DNA of 63,981 nucleotides, filler included, from Cladosporium halotolerans (lineage: Eukaryota), in the NCBI RefSeq assembly GCF_011745625.1. It is 10 parts of 10 records of this genome, joined end to end, with 100 filler letters (N's around TTAATTAATTAA, not from the genome) between each part and the next. Parts side by side here need not be neighbours in the genome. Positions count along the whole stretch, not along the records: positions 34,052 to 40,545 come from NW_027191645.1; positions 40,646 to 47,117 come from NW_027191646.1; positions 47,218 to 53,666 come from NW_027191647.1; 7 more parts are not named here. One strand, 5' to 3'. Positions 38,188 to 50,578 of the stretch are shown here, in pieces (position 1 is the stretch's first letter; each line of letters opens with the position of its first letter). Made by a program: the position numbers and the translations under genes. The notes beneath the pieces are model-generated. The model did not search any database. It was not told the origin of the DNA and saw only the letters and a list, made by a program, of their open reading frames with translations.

Positions 38188-39726
38188 TTACATCATTGGT
38201 GACACCAAGTTTCCACGCCGAAATTTTCGAAGTAAGGGCAGATGAAGCAGATCAGACTCGAACATGTCGGGATTGTCGATGGGCTCAAGCGGGATACGCC
38301 GAATACCATCTTCATCTGTTTCCCATATGCAAGCTTCTGAAGCTTCAGCGCTCACAGAGAGCCGGTTGAAGACTTGAAATGCGTCAATCAGGTCTGGGTC
38401 CTCATTCTCATCTATCGGCACTGCAAGTGGTAGATCTGGATAATCGCTCAGGGCCTCCAGACCCTCGTTGGATGCGACTGAGAGCACTCGGATGTCCTTA
38501 TCAAGCAGAAGACGTGATTCATTTCTCTCACACATGCTGGTAAGCCTCTGAAGGCCAGCACAACATGTTCGTCTCGCTGAAGTAGGATCAGGGTGATCTG
38601 AAGGATAGCGAACATGGTGCATCGATAGGGACGTAAGACACAGCTCTAGCCATGCTGGTTCGTCGATGCCATATTCTTGCAGCGCCTTGAGAGATGGTGT
38701 CAGGGTATCAGCTTCCGGTAGACCGAGGATATGGAACAGCACACAGGGACAGGAAGCATAATCGCACTGGGCCTCTTGTACTTTGATGTCTTGCTGCCAT
38801 TTTGTTTCCTCGGTAAAGATGTCGCGGGCCAGCATGTAGCGTTGGTGGTGATAGTGCGAAGCCCATGTCAATAGCAAGGAGCACAACACTTGTGCAAGAT
38901 GTCTATGTAGCTCCGAAGGGCGATCGCTAGAGCGCAGAGTAAGGGTATGACGCATAACATCGGCGCACATGATTTGCAGTGCGGATTCGTTCTTGAGCGC
39001 TGTGAGGACTCGACCATGTCGCAAGACACGTCCCAGCCATGATCTCCACAGAAGGACTGCCTCCAGTTGGGCGTGTGGATGTTGCAAGCACCAGACGTCC
39101 TTGTCTTCGTCGAGCTGTCTGTCTCTGTCAGATTTGTGACCTTTGAACCGAAGCCACAATTTTGTACATTTTCGGTCCAGTAACGACAGCGCTCGTAAGA
39201 AGTCTTCTCGGCCTGGCATTGAGTCGTCTCCTTCGCTCCAGCTGTGACAGAATACTGTCAGCAAAAGAGGCTTAGCTTCTCGGAAAGCATACTGTTTCGA
39301 TGCCAAGATGGCTAACCAGAGGCTAAGAGCGTCTAGTGACACGACTGCGCTGGAGCTTCTGATATCTTGGGACGCGGACTGGCCGTCTCTTGCTTGGGCA
39401 CAGACACTAATGTCTGCCAGGAAAACCAGCTTTCTGTCTGTCCAAGAGAGGTTATTCAGGCGGATTGCTGAGGTCGAGACCACGGGTATGAAACGCTCAG
39501 GTGACAGCTCTTCGCTCCCGCCAAAGTGAACCTGGACGAACTTTGCGGCTTTGAATATCGGTCTAAGCCTGTGGTGGAATGTCTTGTTGACTGCGCAAAG
39601 ACTTGGCTGTATCTTGTAGCAAACGTGATCTTGTTCGAGACTAAGCTCTGCCGCGGAAGTGGAGAGGATAGGATTCAAGCATAGCAGGAAGATCTCTTCG
39701 GGCAATTTCACAAGAAAACCAGGCAT
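38188..39726 (-). CDS. Hypothetical 512-aa protein with an F-box-like N-terminus
   Basis: Long ATG-initiated ORF beginning FLVKLPEEIFLLCL. Confidence 0.65.
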   Translation of the reverse strand: MPGFLVKLPEEIFLLCLNPILSTSAAELSLEQDHVCYKIQPSLCAVNKTFHHRLRPIFKAAKFVQVHFGGSEELSPERFIPVVSTSAIRLNNLSWTDRKLVFLADISVCAQARDGQSASQDIRSSSAVVSLDALSLWLAILASKQYAFREAKPLLLTVFCHSWSEGDDSMPGREDFLRALSLLDRKCTKLWLRFKGHKSDRDRQLDEDKDVWCLQHPHAQLEAVLLWRSWLGRVLRHGRVLTALKNESALQIMCADVMRHTLTLRSSDRPSELHRHLAQVLCSLLLTWASHYHHQRYMLARDIFTEETKWQQDIKVQEAQCDYASCPCVLFHILGLPEADTLTPSLKALQEYGIDEPAWLELCLTSLSMHHVRYPSDHPDPTSARRTCCAGLQRLTSMCERNESRLLLDKDIRVLSVASNEGLEALSDYPDLPLAVPIDENEDPDLIDAFQVFNRLSVSAEASEACIWETDEDGIRRIPLEPIDNPDMFESDLLHLPLLRKFRRGNLVSPMM

Positions 39727-40645
39727 CTTCTCAGGTGTTGAGTGCGAGCGGCGCTTGTGACAGGAAAAATTCGTTTGAACTCGTTCCTGGCTAGTTCAAG
39801 GTCATGTTCCCGACAACTTTGGCGAGACATCATTTGCGCCGGCGCACGTGTGGGTCCCGCACAACGTGACTAAAATCGCTTGGGGAAAGCGGGTCTGGGC
39901 CGAAACTCACGACGGCCCGCTTACAAGTGCCAAGAATTACTCGAGCCGTAGGAAAGCAGCCGTCCAATCTGAATCAAGTACAAGGTGAATGACAGGCCGG
40001 GCTGCCGGTGAGTCTGAGCCGTTCAAATCATTTTGAGCTCGCGCTTCGAGCGACAAGGATGTTCGCTGATTGAAGAGAGCCAAGGAAGACTGCTTGGATC
40101 TCAGTCCTTTCCATGTGATCGGACAGTACTGTGTCGCTGCGGTGACACTTGAGTCTGTGCAACTGTGGCTGCAGGGAGGCGTGTTTCGTCCGGCCGTCTG
40201 CCGCTGCAATCGTTGGAGCGGCAACCCCTGCATGCGCCATACCAAATCACTGGTCGTCACGCCCCGGACTTGTGCGACTTCATGTCACTATCGGTCGATG
40301 CCCTGGCGTCCGTTCACAAGTATAGAGAAAACATCGCCCCCGTGAACGTCCGCGAGGCCGGCGTGGAGCAGAGAATGGCAGCCAATCAGCCGATTCCTCA
40401 GGTCCAACTCAGTATGCAATGTACAGCCGGTCTGTGGAGCATGCAATGTTGCACGAGAGGGTGACCTCTCGTTGATATAAATTTTTGGGTCGATAGATTG
40501 TTATTCTTGTTTAGGCGCGCGGCCTGGTAGACCGGGCCTTTCTATNNNNNNNNNNNNNNNNNNNNNNNNNNNNNNNNNNNNNNNNNNNNTTAATTAATTA
40601 ANNNNNNNNNNNNNNNNNNNNNNNNNNNNNNNNNNNNNNNNNNNN

Positions 40646-40742
40646 TGAATCTGATTATTCAGGTCCGAGCTCAATCAGGGACCTGATTGATTGATTACCT
40701 GATTGATTATCTGATTGAGAAAATCAAGATTCAAGATCTATG
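40646..40742 (-). mobile_element. Probable opposite terminus of the CATAGATCTTGAATCTTGA transposon, inserted in the ADH gene
   Basis: Same terminal 19 bp, with a different arrangement of subterminal TGATT repeats. Confidence 0.7.
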
Positions 40743-41541
40743 CAGAAGCGAGAACGAAGTCTTTCTTTTCGTGGGAATCGATGCCAATGACGTGCATCCC
40801 CATGCTTCGAGAAGCGATCTGACAAGCGAGATGTCCCAGCTGTGTGCAGATTAGTTAGTTGAAATGGGCCAGCAGCATGTAAGCAAAAGTAATGTATGGC
40901 ATGTCTCGACCCTCCGCCAGCACCCATCATGACCACCCAGTCTCCGCTCCTCGCTCCCGACTTTTTAAGCGCGCTGTAAGCGGTGACACCAGCGCACAGC
41001 ATGGGTGCGGCTAAATCGCTTGGGAGGTCCTTCGGTATCGGAGTCAGGTAATTCGCTGGAGCGACAACGTATTGCTGGAAGGTACCAGGAGTATAGTAGC
41101 CACTGATCTTCTGGCTGGAGCAAAAGCCATCATGGCCGTCAAGGCAGGCGAAGCAAGAGCCGCATATCCAGTTGACCCATTTGATGCCGACACGGTCGCC
41201 GAGTTTGATGAAGCTCGGCACTTCGCCAGGTCCAAACTTCACAACCAAGCCCACGCCTTCATGGCCGCCGACTTGATTTTGTTGAGTTGGACGTGGAAGT
41301 GCAGGCCAGCTGTTCATCATGACGCTGAGATCAGAATGACATACTCCCGAGTGCGTGCTGCGAAATGGTCAGCTTTTTGCATAAATGCTCGACGGACTCT
41401 TTGAACATGTGCGGCGTACAGGTTCACAAGCACCTCGCCGGTACCTGGCTCGGGCATCTCAAGGTCTACGACCTTTGTAGAGATTTGGCCGGGCTGGTCG
41501 TACACGCAGGCTTTGTAGAGCTTCGGGAGTTGTATTGCCAT
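40743..41541 (-). pseudogene. Zn-dependent alcohol dehydrogenase, 3'-truncated by a transposon
   Basis: GHEGVG, GDRVGIKW..CGSCFAC..C, APMLCAGVTAY, GAGGG. Contains introns. Confidence 0.9.
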
Positions 41542-42046
41542 GTTTGTTGTAAGGGTGGAAGAAGTGACACGATCAGCCCTTGGTGGGCCTGGGAGATATA
41601 AGTAAGGTGCCAGAGGTTTCAGTACTGCGCGCACGCGTTGAAACGCTCGACAGGACATGTAGGTGTCGCTGTTTAGCTCGGACTATTCATCATAGTGTAA
41701 GGTATCTCCGGAGCGATCCACTGTCATAGAAGCGAGATGGCTGAGTCATGAACGCGGAATCCGAATGCCAGGAGCAGGCCGTGACATGTGAACAATCTTT
41801 TGACGGCCGATGTAACACAGTGACGACACAATGGCGATCGTAATGGAGAAGCTGCTGTGCTTGAAGGTGAGCTTGGTCAAGTCGTTGGGACGAAAGGCAC
41901 TGGTCAGTCGGAGACAGCCGTCTCGTTGATTTCAACATGTCGGCGGAAGGTTCCAAGGGGGTGCAATTTGAGATGATCGTTGACCCCCCGGTATATCCAT
42001 TTGCAACCTGGTGAGGCCCTCGAGCGCTGCAGCGTTCAAGTAAGTA

Positions 42047-42206
42047 TCGCCATCTCTTGATCAAGCTTACAGTGCCCCATCATGGATTTCGACCGCGCTT
42101 TTGCAACGATCTTTCTGGGTGTCTTCGCCATCTCTTGATCAAGCTTACAGTGCCCCATCATGGATTTCGACCGCGCTTTTGCAACGATCTTTCTGGGTGT
42201 CTTCGC
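42047..42206 (+). repeat. 78-bp perfect tandem duplication spanning the ferric reductase start codon
   Basis: TCGCCATCTCTTGATC..GGGTGTCT starts at 42047 and again at 42125. Confidence 0.95.
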
Positions 42207-43961
42207 ACTCACTTTTCTAATTCACCAGGTGGTGCGAGCTGGGCGACAGTTAAGGCGCCCTTTGATAAGGACTCTCGAACGCCACCTTTTGCTACCGCGC
42301 ATTTTTAAGGGCTGCCATTGGATCAATCCCACCCGGGCACAAATCGCGTGCTTTGTTGTCCATTACTCCGTGGCAGGGTTTTACAATGCGTGGCAGGTCC
42401 ATACTATTTCGGATGCTGCAAAACGTGCAGGAAGGTCGGCCCTTATACACATGCTGCCGCTTTTAACGCCCAATCATGTGTACTTTCTGTCGCATCTGTT
42501 TGGCTCCTCGCTCCCTCTCGCAGAACAAGCGCACTACATGCTTGGGTGCATGTCGATCATGCAAGGCTCAATTCACTGCGTCCTGCAAGCCTACGAGCGC
42601 CATTGGAAGCCTAGCATGGGCATTGTTGAGATATCTGTAAGGTACGAGCAGTCTACACAAATGGTCCGCGCTGACTTGATCATCAGGCAGTCGTAGGCCT
42701 GGGCGTTCTCGCATTATCACCTGTCGGGAAGCGTCGTTTTTACGAAATTTTCCTAATCTTCCATCGAGCTGCGGTCGTATTGCTGGTTGCCATGCTATGG
42801 TTCCATGTTGGAGCCTCCCAAAGACTGAGTAGGCCGCTGCTCCTGTCTGGAACTCTACTTTACGCCGTCGCCCTGGCGTTACAGTTGATAAGGCAGCTTT
42901 ACGTCAACGTCAACCGCAAATTTGCTATTGGGCGCATCAAGGAAATCGATAGGGATGGCTTGGGATCTCACGTGATAGCAATAACGCCATCTCGCAGATG
43001 GACGGTGAGACCTGGTACTTACGCTCTTTTGACAGTACTAAATTGGAGGTACGCATCTTTCCTCCAAAGGCATCCGCTTATGGTGGCGTGGGTCGAGAAT
43101 TTGGACAACGACGAGACGACTCTTTACTTTGTCGTACAATCAAGAAATGGCTGGACATCGTGTGTCAGTAACTCATTGATACAGCGTTTGGTCTGGCTTG
43201 ATGGTCTTTACGGGAACCCGTACGACTGCGGCAGTCATGATCTCTCCAGTCATGATACCGTACTTCTTGTTGCGGAAGAAAACGGCATCCTCGCTCACCT
43301 TCTGATCCTCAAATGCTTGGTGGAGGGTATCAAGTTTGGTGCCATGAAGACTCGGCGAATTGTACTGTACTGGAAAGCAAGTGGCTGTCATCACAAAATC
43401 AGGAGCTGGCTCACGGCCGCGATTAGAGAGACTGACGTTTTTTGGACCGTGAGCTTGACTTTAGATTGATGTCTGTTTTTCACTGACCAAGCTGCAGTTT
43501 CTAGATATGAACATCCACTACCCTCCGGATGCAATCCTGTCGGGGAAACAATGGAAGAGGATCAGAGAGCACATTACGGAATCAAGCGTTGAGGAATACG
43601 TGCAAAAAGTTGTCAGCTTGAGAGGCAGCCGAAGGATTGCCATCGTTGGTAGGTCTGGCGTAATGAGGCGAAGTGAACACCAATCTTGCGGTCTGCAGTA
43701 TCAGCTGGCGAGCGAATGAGACAACAAGCAAGAGCTGCGGTTTTGGAGCGTGGACTGGGTGGGCTGAAAAATGAGGGAACAAGGATGGAAAGTCGAACAT
43801 CAAGAGGCTCCATGAAACTGTACGAGGAGAGCGTTGCCGGTTCCAAACCAAGCTTGGGATACCGACCTCGAGATGAATCGCCAGTCGCATGTGAAAAGGA
43901 CTCGTACAATCTGGAGCTCTACGAACACGATTTCCAGCCGCTTGACAACAAGAAAAATTGA
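42160..43961 (+). CDS. Divergent ferric reductase-like transmembrane protein (multi-exon)
   Basis: TM helices with His, FYEIFLIFH, PGTY..L, QRHPLMVAW, WLDGLYG, VLLVA..GI, C-terminal ELYEHDFQP. Confidence 0.75.
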
Positions 43962-44423
43962 ATCGGCTTTGGGTTGGTTAACTTAGACGGATCGATATCT
44001 GGAGAAGGTTGTGTCCCGCACGGGAAGCAACCCCCAAAAGGGGTGAGCGTTCCAACGGTCAGCAATGTACATCATAAATTCATATCTTGAGTGTTACAAC
44101 CAATTGCGAACACGTGTCTCCTCAATCTACTAGAAAATCTCATTGCATTTTATTACACCTCGATTGAGAGCAATGGAACCCCACACTGTGATGGCCCTGT
44201 CTACGTACGATCAGTATATTGACTGTAAGATATACCGATTCGCAATCGAATACACACGACAACATGGATATTATTGCAAACTTACAAAGAGCCAATGGCA
44301 TTGTCTCTCACCTTGGACTTTGCGATCGCCCTTCCGTTGTCCGTGAACGCCTCAAAACGAAGAACGATTGCACAATCTCAAAATGCTACGCCAATCCTGT
44401 AACGTTCAGACTCAAGCTGTCGA

Positions 44424-46991
44424 CTACCTGTCAGCCTTTCTCTTTCTTGCTTTCTTTCCCATTTCGTTTCTTCGCAAGATGTTAAGCCCCCGCACTCCGC
44501 TCTTTTTCTGCGGCGAAGAGTGCATGCGCGGAGGGTTCGGTGGCCAAACTGAGGCACGTCTTTTGTCTTCGACACCACGGACCGCCATGTTTGCTACTTG
44601 CGCCGTGCCATCTTGAATCGACCTTTTCCTCTTTCGTGCAACGGCGCCTTCACCGATCTGGCGGACAGGAGATCTTCTCGCATCATTCAAAAGGCTGCTC
44701 TCGACCGCTGGCTGTATCAAGTCAGAGGTTCTAGCAGCATCATCAACTTCTCTGGAATCACTATCGCCTCCTTCTCTCATCCAGCGCATGGAGCTCGATC
44801 GAGAAGTTGTACTGGATGGGGCGGGACGGGAGTGCATAGACAAGTCTTTCGTCGATGTTCGTCCAGATGGTAACTTTTCTTCCATCCTATTCGCAGAATG
44901 TACGGAGGTTAAGCTTCTTATGTTCATGATGCTTTCCGAGATATTGGACAGTGTGTCGGATTCTGCCTTGACGGATACCACTCCATCGGCGGAATATGCC
45001 GATGGTGACCCTTTCGTGTCCATCAAATTCCTGATAGTTTTGAAAACATTGGACGGTGTGTCGTGTTCTGCCTTGATAGAGAAGTCCTCTTCTTGCATAG
45101 CTTCTTTCGACAATAACGCTGCCTCACTTGGCTCGTCAATACATCCATCCACGGTCGAGAAGGGATTAGGAGGAATCAAGCTGTTATAGCCTGGCGAGTC
45201 TGGCTTTCGCGTTTCCGGTCGCCCGTAAGGATTCCATCTGTTTTTTTGGCCTGCCCTGAACGGAGCTTTGCCCGGACGCTTCGTCTCGCGTTGTGTTTGA
45301 TGGCCTGATTTCGGATCGCGTTCCTGTTGTTCTAGACCAGATCCCCAGCAACAATGGACCAAATCTTTTGCAATGGCGAACGACGTTGCTTGAGACTTCC
45401 GCTCAAAATTTGACGTATCAAAGATATAACGTCTGTGCAGGAAGTTCTTGTCCCTAGCGTAATTCGAGCTCAACGGCCTGTTCCTTCTGGCTTTCCATTT
45501 CAGAGGGGGATCGTGGCAACTGAGCTCTGGCGCCAGCGATATTTGTCCTGGTTGGATTACGCCTGTCGCATGACCGGCTTTGGTCCTCTTGATCTTGTCG
45601 GTCTCAAATCCGAGCGCAAAAGCTGTCGAGGCCAGCTGGGCTTGTTTTGCTGATACAGTGCCTTGGTACCGACATTCGACGTCGGCTGGTGTGCCGTCGT
45701 GTAAAGGCCTACTTGCTTTACCTTCCGAGAGATACGGAAATTCTCTCATGGCAAAGAGCCATAAGTCGATATAGCAGTCTCTAAAGTTACCGCTGGGCAT
45801 CCTAGAATCGCTGGTCGACGAATACGCGTCGCCATTCACTGTTGCTTTCGATTCCCAGCTTTGTCGACAAACTTGCTCAAAGCTCATGTTGCAGGTCCTC
45901 CAGTCAGAGGGTGTAAGTATCTTCAGGCCGTCAAAACAGGCTCGAACGTAGATGAAGTCGCTGAAAAATGTATTCAACGTCACGATCCGCTTGCACTTGA
46001 TGATGCGTCTGCAGATCATGTTCCGTTGACTGATATCTCGAATCAAGGGGAAAACCTTGTTGTCGGCGAATAGCTTAGTTATGGTGTCGCAGTCTTGCGA
46101 CGAGTTCGACGGACATAGCATCTGCAGTGCCAGAACAGTCGACTCATCAAGTTGCTGTGGGAAAACGTCTTGTCCAAGGATGTCGCTCCAAACTCGTGTA
46201 ATTGCTCTTAGGTACGAGTATACTTCCATTGTTCATGTCACTGAATTGTCGAGCGTCAAGGTCAAGGGACTCTTACCTCACGACACCGCATCGTAAGGAT
46301 GGGCTCCCAATTGCCGGCCACGCACTGAAGCCCTCTGTATTGCAGAACTTCCTGCACAGCACTGCGCAACCTCCCACAATCATCTTGTCTGAGCCGGCGG
46401 TATGTCCTTTGATGGGTGACGCTCATGTTTTCATTGCTCATCCAGACCTTTTCCAACACCTCCTGATCATTCTCTTGTAGGAACAAATCCAGATCTTTTC
46501 CGTTGAGCCTAATACTTTTCAGCCGATTATGCTGCTTAACGCTTGCAAGAGCTTTAGAAGAGATGTCTGTGATCTGTCAGCCATCACGTCTGGTCTCCAT
46601 GAATCTTGTGGAACTGACTGCGATCGTAGACTTTCACCAACCACCAACGATTATCCGCAGGAAGATGTCGTCGAGCTGCTTCAAGTCGATGCTCGCCGTA
46701 GAGCATAGCCAACTTCTCAGTATCTGGGAGGGACAGGAGTTGGCTGCCTTCTTTGACATCGGAAAGCGAGAAGGACTGTATGCCTGCCTTGGCGAGCGCA
46801 TCTCGGAACCTGGCTCGATCCATCAAAGCTGGTATTGCATGTTTGTCAATGTCGTTGCCACACCCAAATTTGCGGAAACCTTCGACTAGCCGATCGACTT
46901 TTGCAGTTTGAATGTGCTTCATTGGATCAGGTTTGAGATTTCCCAAACGAATACGAACGAGGCCCAGCAAGTATGGTTCCTTGGGCGTCAT
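44424..46991 (-). CDS. DUF3723-family protein (Starship-associated); exon structure of 46230-46600 unresolved
   Basis: YLLGLVRIRL..VDRLVEGF..GC..IPALM..YGEHRLEAA..WWLVKVY, then YL..I..VWS.I..DESTV.ALQ..CP..S..D..F..VFP, LNTFFSD and YIDLWLFAMREF. Confidence 0.8.
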
Positions 46992-47217
46992 TTCGGCGCA
47001 CCGAAACCTGGTTCCAGCGTTGAACGGAAACGACACGCTAGTTTAATGGTACATCGGACCATCATTGGGAGTTTCCAAGCAGCTGTGACGAAAAAGAAAC
47101 AACCCCCCATCCCCCCCNNNNNNNNNNNNNNNNNNNNNNNNNNNNNNNNNNNNNNNNNNNNTTAATTAATTAANNNNNNNNNNNNNNNNNNNNNNNNNNN
47201 NNNNNNNNNNNNNNNNN

Positions 47218-47763
47218 AACATTCCTCATGGTTTTTGGCCTCAAGCCCGACCAAGCAAGGACTTTTTCCATGCAATCAAAGTCGAAAGCCACCTTCGGGA
47301 TGCTGCCATGAAAGTATCTATGGAATACTTTTCGGCCTTCGTTTGTGAGCGACCCTGTTCTGCCATCGAGGGTACCTTTGGAGATCATGACCTCGAAAGC
47401 ATCCTCACACTTTTGAATAAATCCCGGGAGCGCGTGTTCCAGCCAGCTGCTCGGCACTGCGATGCCTGGAAATTTCGCTGGCAATTTCGAGTGAGCACTC
47501 CGTACCTGTTGAATATAGGCGGATTCACTGAGATGCCAGAGTCTGTTCTGTCGTGGGGTGACATCAGCCTCCGAAGCTCTGTCACTAGCGATAAATCTCA
47601 TGAGACCGAGCTGTAGCCGGTAAAGATCCGTCCGCGATACATTCAGGCCTTTGGCGAAGTCCTCTTGGTGCATTTCATGTATCTTGGTCAACGTGGATGC
47701 GTACCACTCGCCGGTCGGAGGGATGTCCGGACCATGGCCTGATCTCTTCTTATGATTCGACAT
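47218..47763 (-). CDS. Hypothetical protein, partial
   Basis: ATG-initiated open frame running into the gap. Confidence 0.4.
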
Positions 47764-48232
47764 TGATCAGGGCTCGGAAAATTTGCCGCGGTGTATAGTG
47801 ATGGGAACAAAGGACTTCAAGAAGGAGCTGAGATGAAGTAATTCGTAGCCTTGCCCCACTACATTGAATCCATCGAATTTGTATTTACCGTTCAGCACAG
47901 TCGCTTGAGGGGGGAAGGGGGGAAGGATTTAGCATTTAATTGATCCCATGATCTCTGAAAAGTACTGTATGAGATCTCGACGTTCAACCATATAATTGGT
48001 TGGGAATGCTTGGGAACTGTGGCCGGAGAAGTTCTTAGCATGATGAGGTTCATTTCTTGCGGCGACTTCATCCCCCCTTGAGCGTCGAGGATGTTGCTTG
48101 GGGAAGGCGTGTCATTTAGTACAATGTTATCATATCCATGCACCTGAAAGGGTGAATACAGAGGCGAAGTCGTACTGTGATCAAAGTCTCTCGAGAAGTC
48201 GACTTGGATGCCAACGGATGAGCCTCATCACC

Positions 48233-48786
48233 ATGAGCACGGACCATGAAATGGTCAAGCTTGTTTCAAGCGACGGCGTTGAGATTTGGTGCAGTAAGTG
48301 TAGGCTGATCTCACGTTCTTTGAAGATTGAAGTTCTGAAGGTTGTATGTATTCCCAAGTGATGCGAGATGCATTGGATGATTGGGGCACGAAAGATGCAG
48401 AGATCCCGGTAAGTGTTCAAAAAATATGTTGCTATTTCTACATAGCTAAAAACCGCACATAGATTCCAAATGTTGATGCGAGTGTGCTTGTCAAAGTTCT
48501 CGCGTGGTGTGAGTGCCGTATGGAAGATCAGGAAAGTACGTGTGATGCTATGAGATGGAGCCAAAGCCTTGAACGAGTGGACATGCAAGAAATCGTTGAC
48601 ATACGAAACGCGGCGGACTATCTCATCATCGATGAACTAGACGAGCTTTGTTGCCGGTACCTTGCCGAAGGAATCGCAGACAAAACCGCAGAGGAGCTTT
48701 GCGATCTGTTGAAATTCGACATACCATTTGCAACTGAGGAAAGAGAAGAAATTGACAGCGAGCTCCGAAACGAAAGTCTTGCTTGA
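48233..48786 (+). CDS. Divergent Skp1-like protein (multi-exon)
   Basis: VKLVSSDG, IPNVDASVLVKVLAWCE, AADYLIIDELDELCC..LA..I.DKTAEEL..F..EEREEI. Confidence 0.8.
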
Positions 48787-49380
48787 GTCTCGCAATGATG
48801 GAAGCATAAAGTTACAGTAGCGTTCGTATCTATCGCAGAGAACGCACTGAAATAACAGTTCAATGCTTGTTCATTGCCCACCTCGCTTTCATCTCGGATA
48901 CATCTCCGACGATCTCTAGCGTACGGAGAGGTTTAAAACGTTCTTCTCGACGAAGTGCAAACTAACGGCTGCCAGAGTGGAACGATAAAGAGCCGAATTG
49001 GACACAACGCCCTCCAAATGTGCCAAGACCTATTATGAAGCATTGTCTGACCCCCCACCCAAATGGAAACGTGGCAAAGCAGCCTCTAAGCAGGGCCGTC
49101 ACCACAAGTCGTCCAGGATGTGTAGCTCGAGCGAGTAGCGGCAAGCGCAAGCTTCATGCTGTTGGGGATGACTCCGGCGAAGATGCCATGATTCCTTCTC
49201 ACAAGAGAACGAAAGCAATCTGATCCTGCGCCATCTTGCCCACAGGATTGCATCCTGACATTGGCTAAAGAATCTGCAAGACAGAACGTCATGGTGTAGA
49301 TGTACAGTAACGCCATATGCCAGATTAGTATACTGATCTCAAATATCTTTGAGCGTGTGGCTCCGCTATGTATCTCACTT

Positions 49381-50048
49381 CTACAAGCTTGGCTTGTGTC
49401 TCGAAACCACGCAACCAGGTTCGTTCAACCTCCTGTCGCAGCACGACATGCGGTAGCCTTCTTCAAAATCCGGGTCTTCCATGAACGAGTCGGGCGGAGG
49501 CATACCGCACGACTTGTCAAAAAACTCTGCCCAGACTTCCGAGTCGTCGTCAAGTTCTGGATTGTCTTGCATCATCTCACATGTTAGCCTGAAGCCTTGT
49601 CTGACTGCATACGTCTGACCCCTCACCAGAATGATATCTGCAAACGCCCAAAGCGTTCAAGTCGACGTCGTAGTACTCGTGACAATTGCGGCAATACTCG
49701 AAAGCTTTACGCATCATTCCTGAACTCTTATCAATCGGTCTCCGAAGCGCGTCGTCAATGGTTGATCTGGTATTTGCGAAGCGATCCTAGAGACGTTTGA
49801 CCAGCTTCCTCAATTCGGGCCCAGGTGCATCTTCGATCGCCTCGGAGACGGTCACCTCCTCGGGTGGTGGAGTAGGCGACCCTTCGATCTCCTGGTCTGA
49901 ACTGTGAGACACGTCTGTTTGTCTCTCACATTAGTAAAGGCGCGCTGTCACAAGGAAGCTTGACATACCACTTCTGCCGTCGCTACTGGTACTGTCAGAG
50001 TTGCCGATTCTGCTCATAGTGGTACTGGTTACATTATGATCAGACATG
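49381..50048 (-). CDS. Hypothetical acidic protein with a C-terminal CC..GC..H motif
   Basis: Last exon ends EEGYRMSCCDRRLNEPGCVVSRHKP. Upstream structure uncertain. Confidence 0.4.
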
Positions 50049-50578
50049 GCGCGAAGTTGCTGAGCTTCGAAAAAGCGACAGAGAGAGCGAGGAGTCTGCA
50101 AGAAGCTAACTGGAAGGGACGGGTTTAACAACGTTACCTCGTTGAATTGATGGAGCGAGGACGTGAGTCCCAACGGAATTTGACCCGCTCAGGCATGGCA
50201 CGGTGTGCCCCTCGTCGGAAACGAGCCTTTGACTTTGGCCATGACTTTATGCGATGACCTGTGGAGGGAGTCTTGGCGAATAGTACCGTACCATTTGATG
50301 AGTTGAAAGAATTCATTTGTTGCATTTGTTGGTGCAAGGCAAGACAAGGCATGGCATTGAATCCGCCCAACTTTAAGCACCGAAAGGGCAACAGACTGTT
50401 ACAGTGTACATAACGCTGCGTACATTGTGGTTGTCCCGACGGAGAAGCCCATCAGACCGGAAATCACTCCTCTTTGGCCGTCCGTCCCGTACCGTATACC
50501 ACAACCCACCATAACTTCGAACAGATCATCGCCACAAATTGAATCATCCATGCATTGAGACATTCCGCCTTGTTGTCT

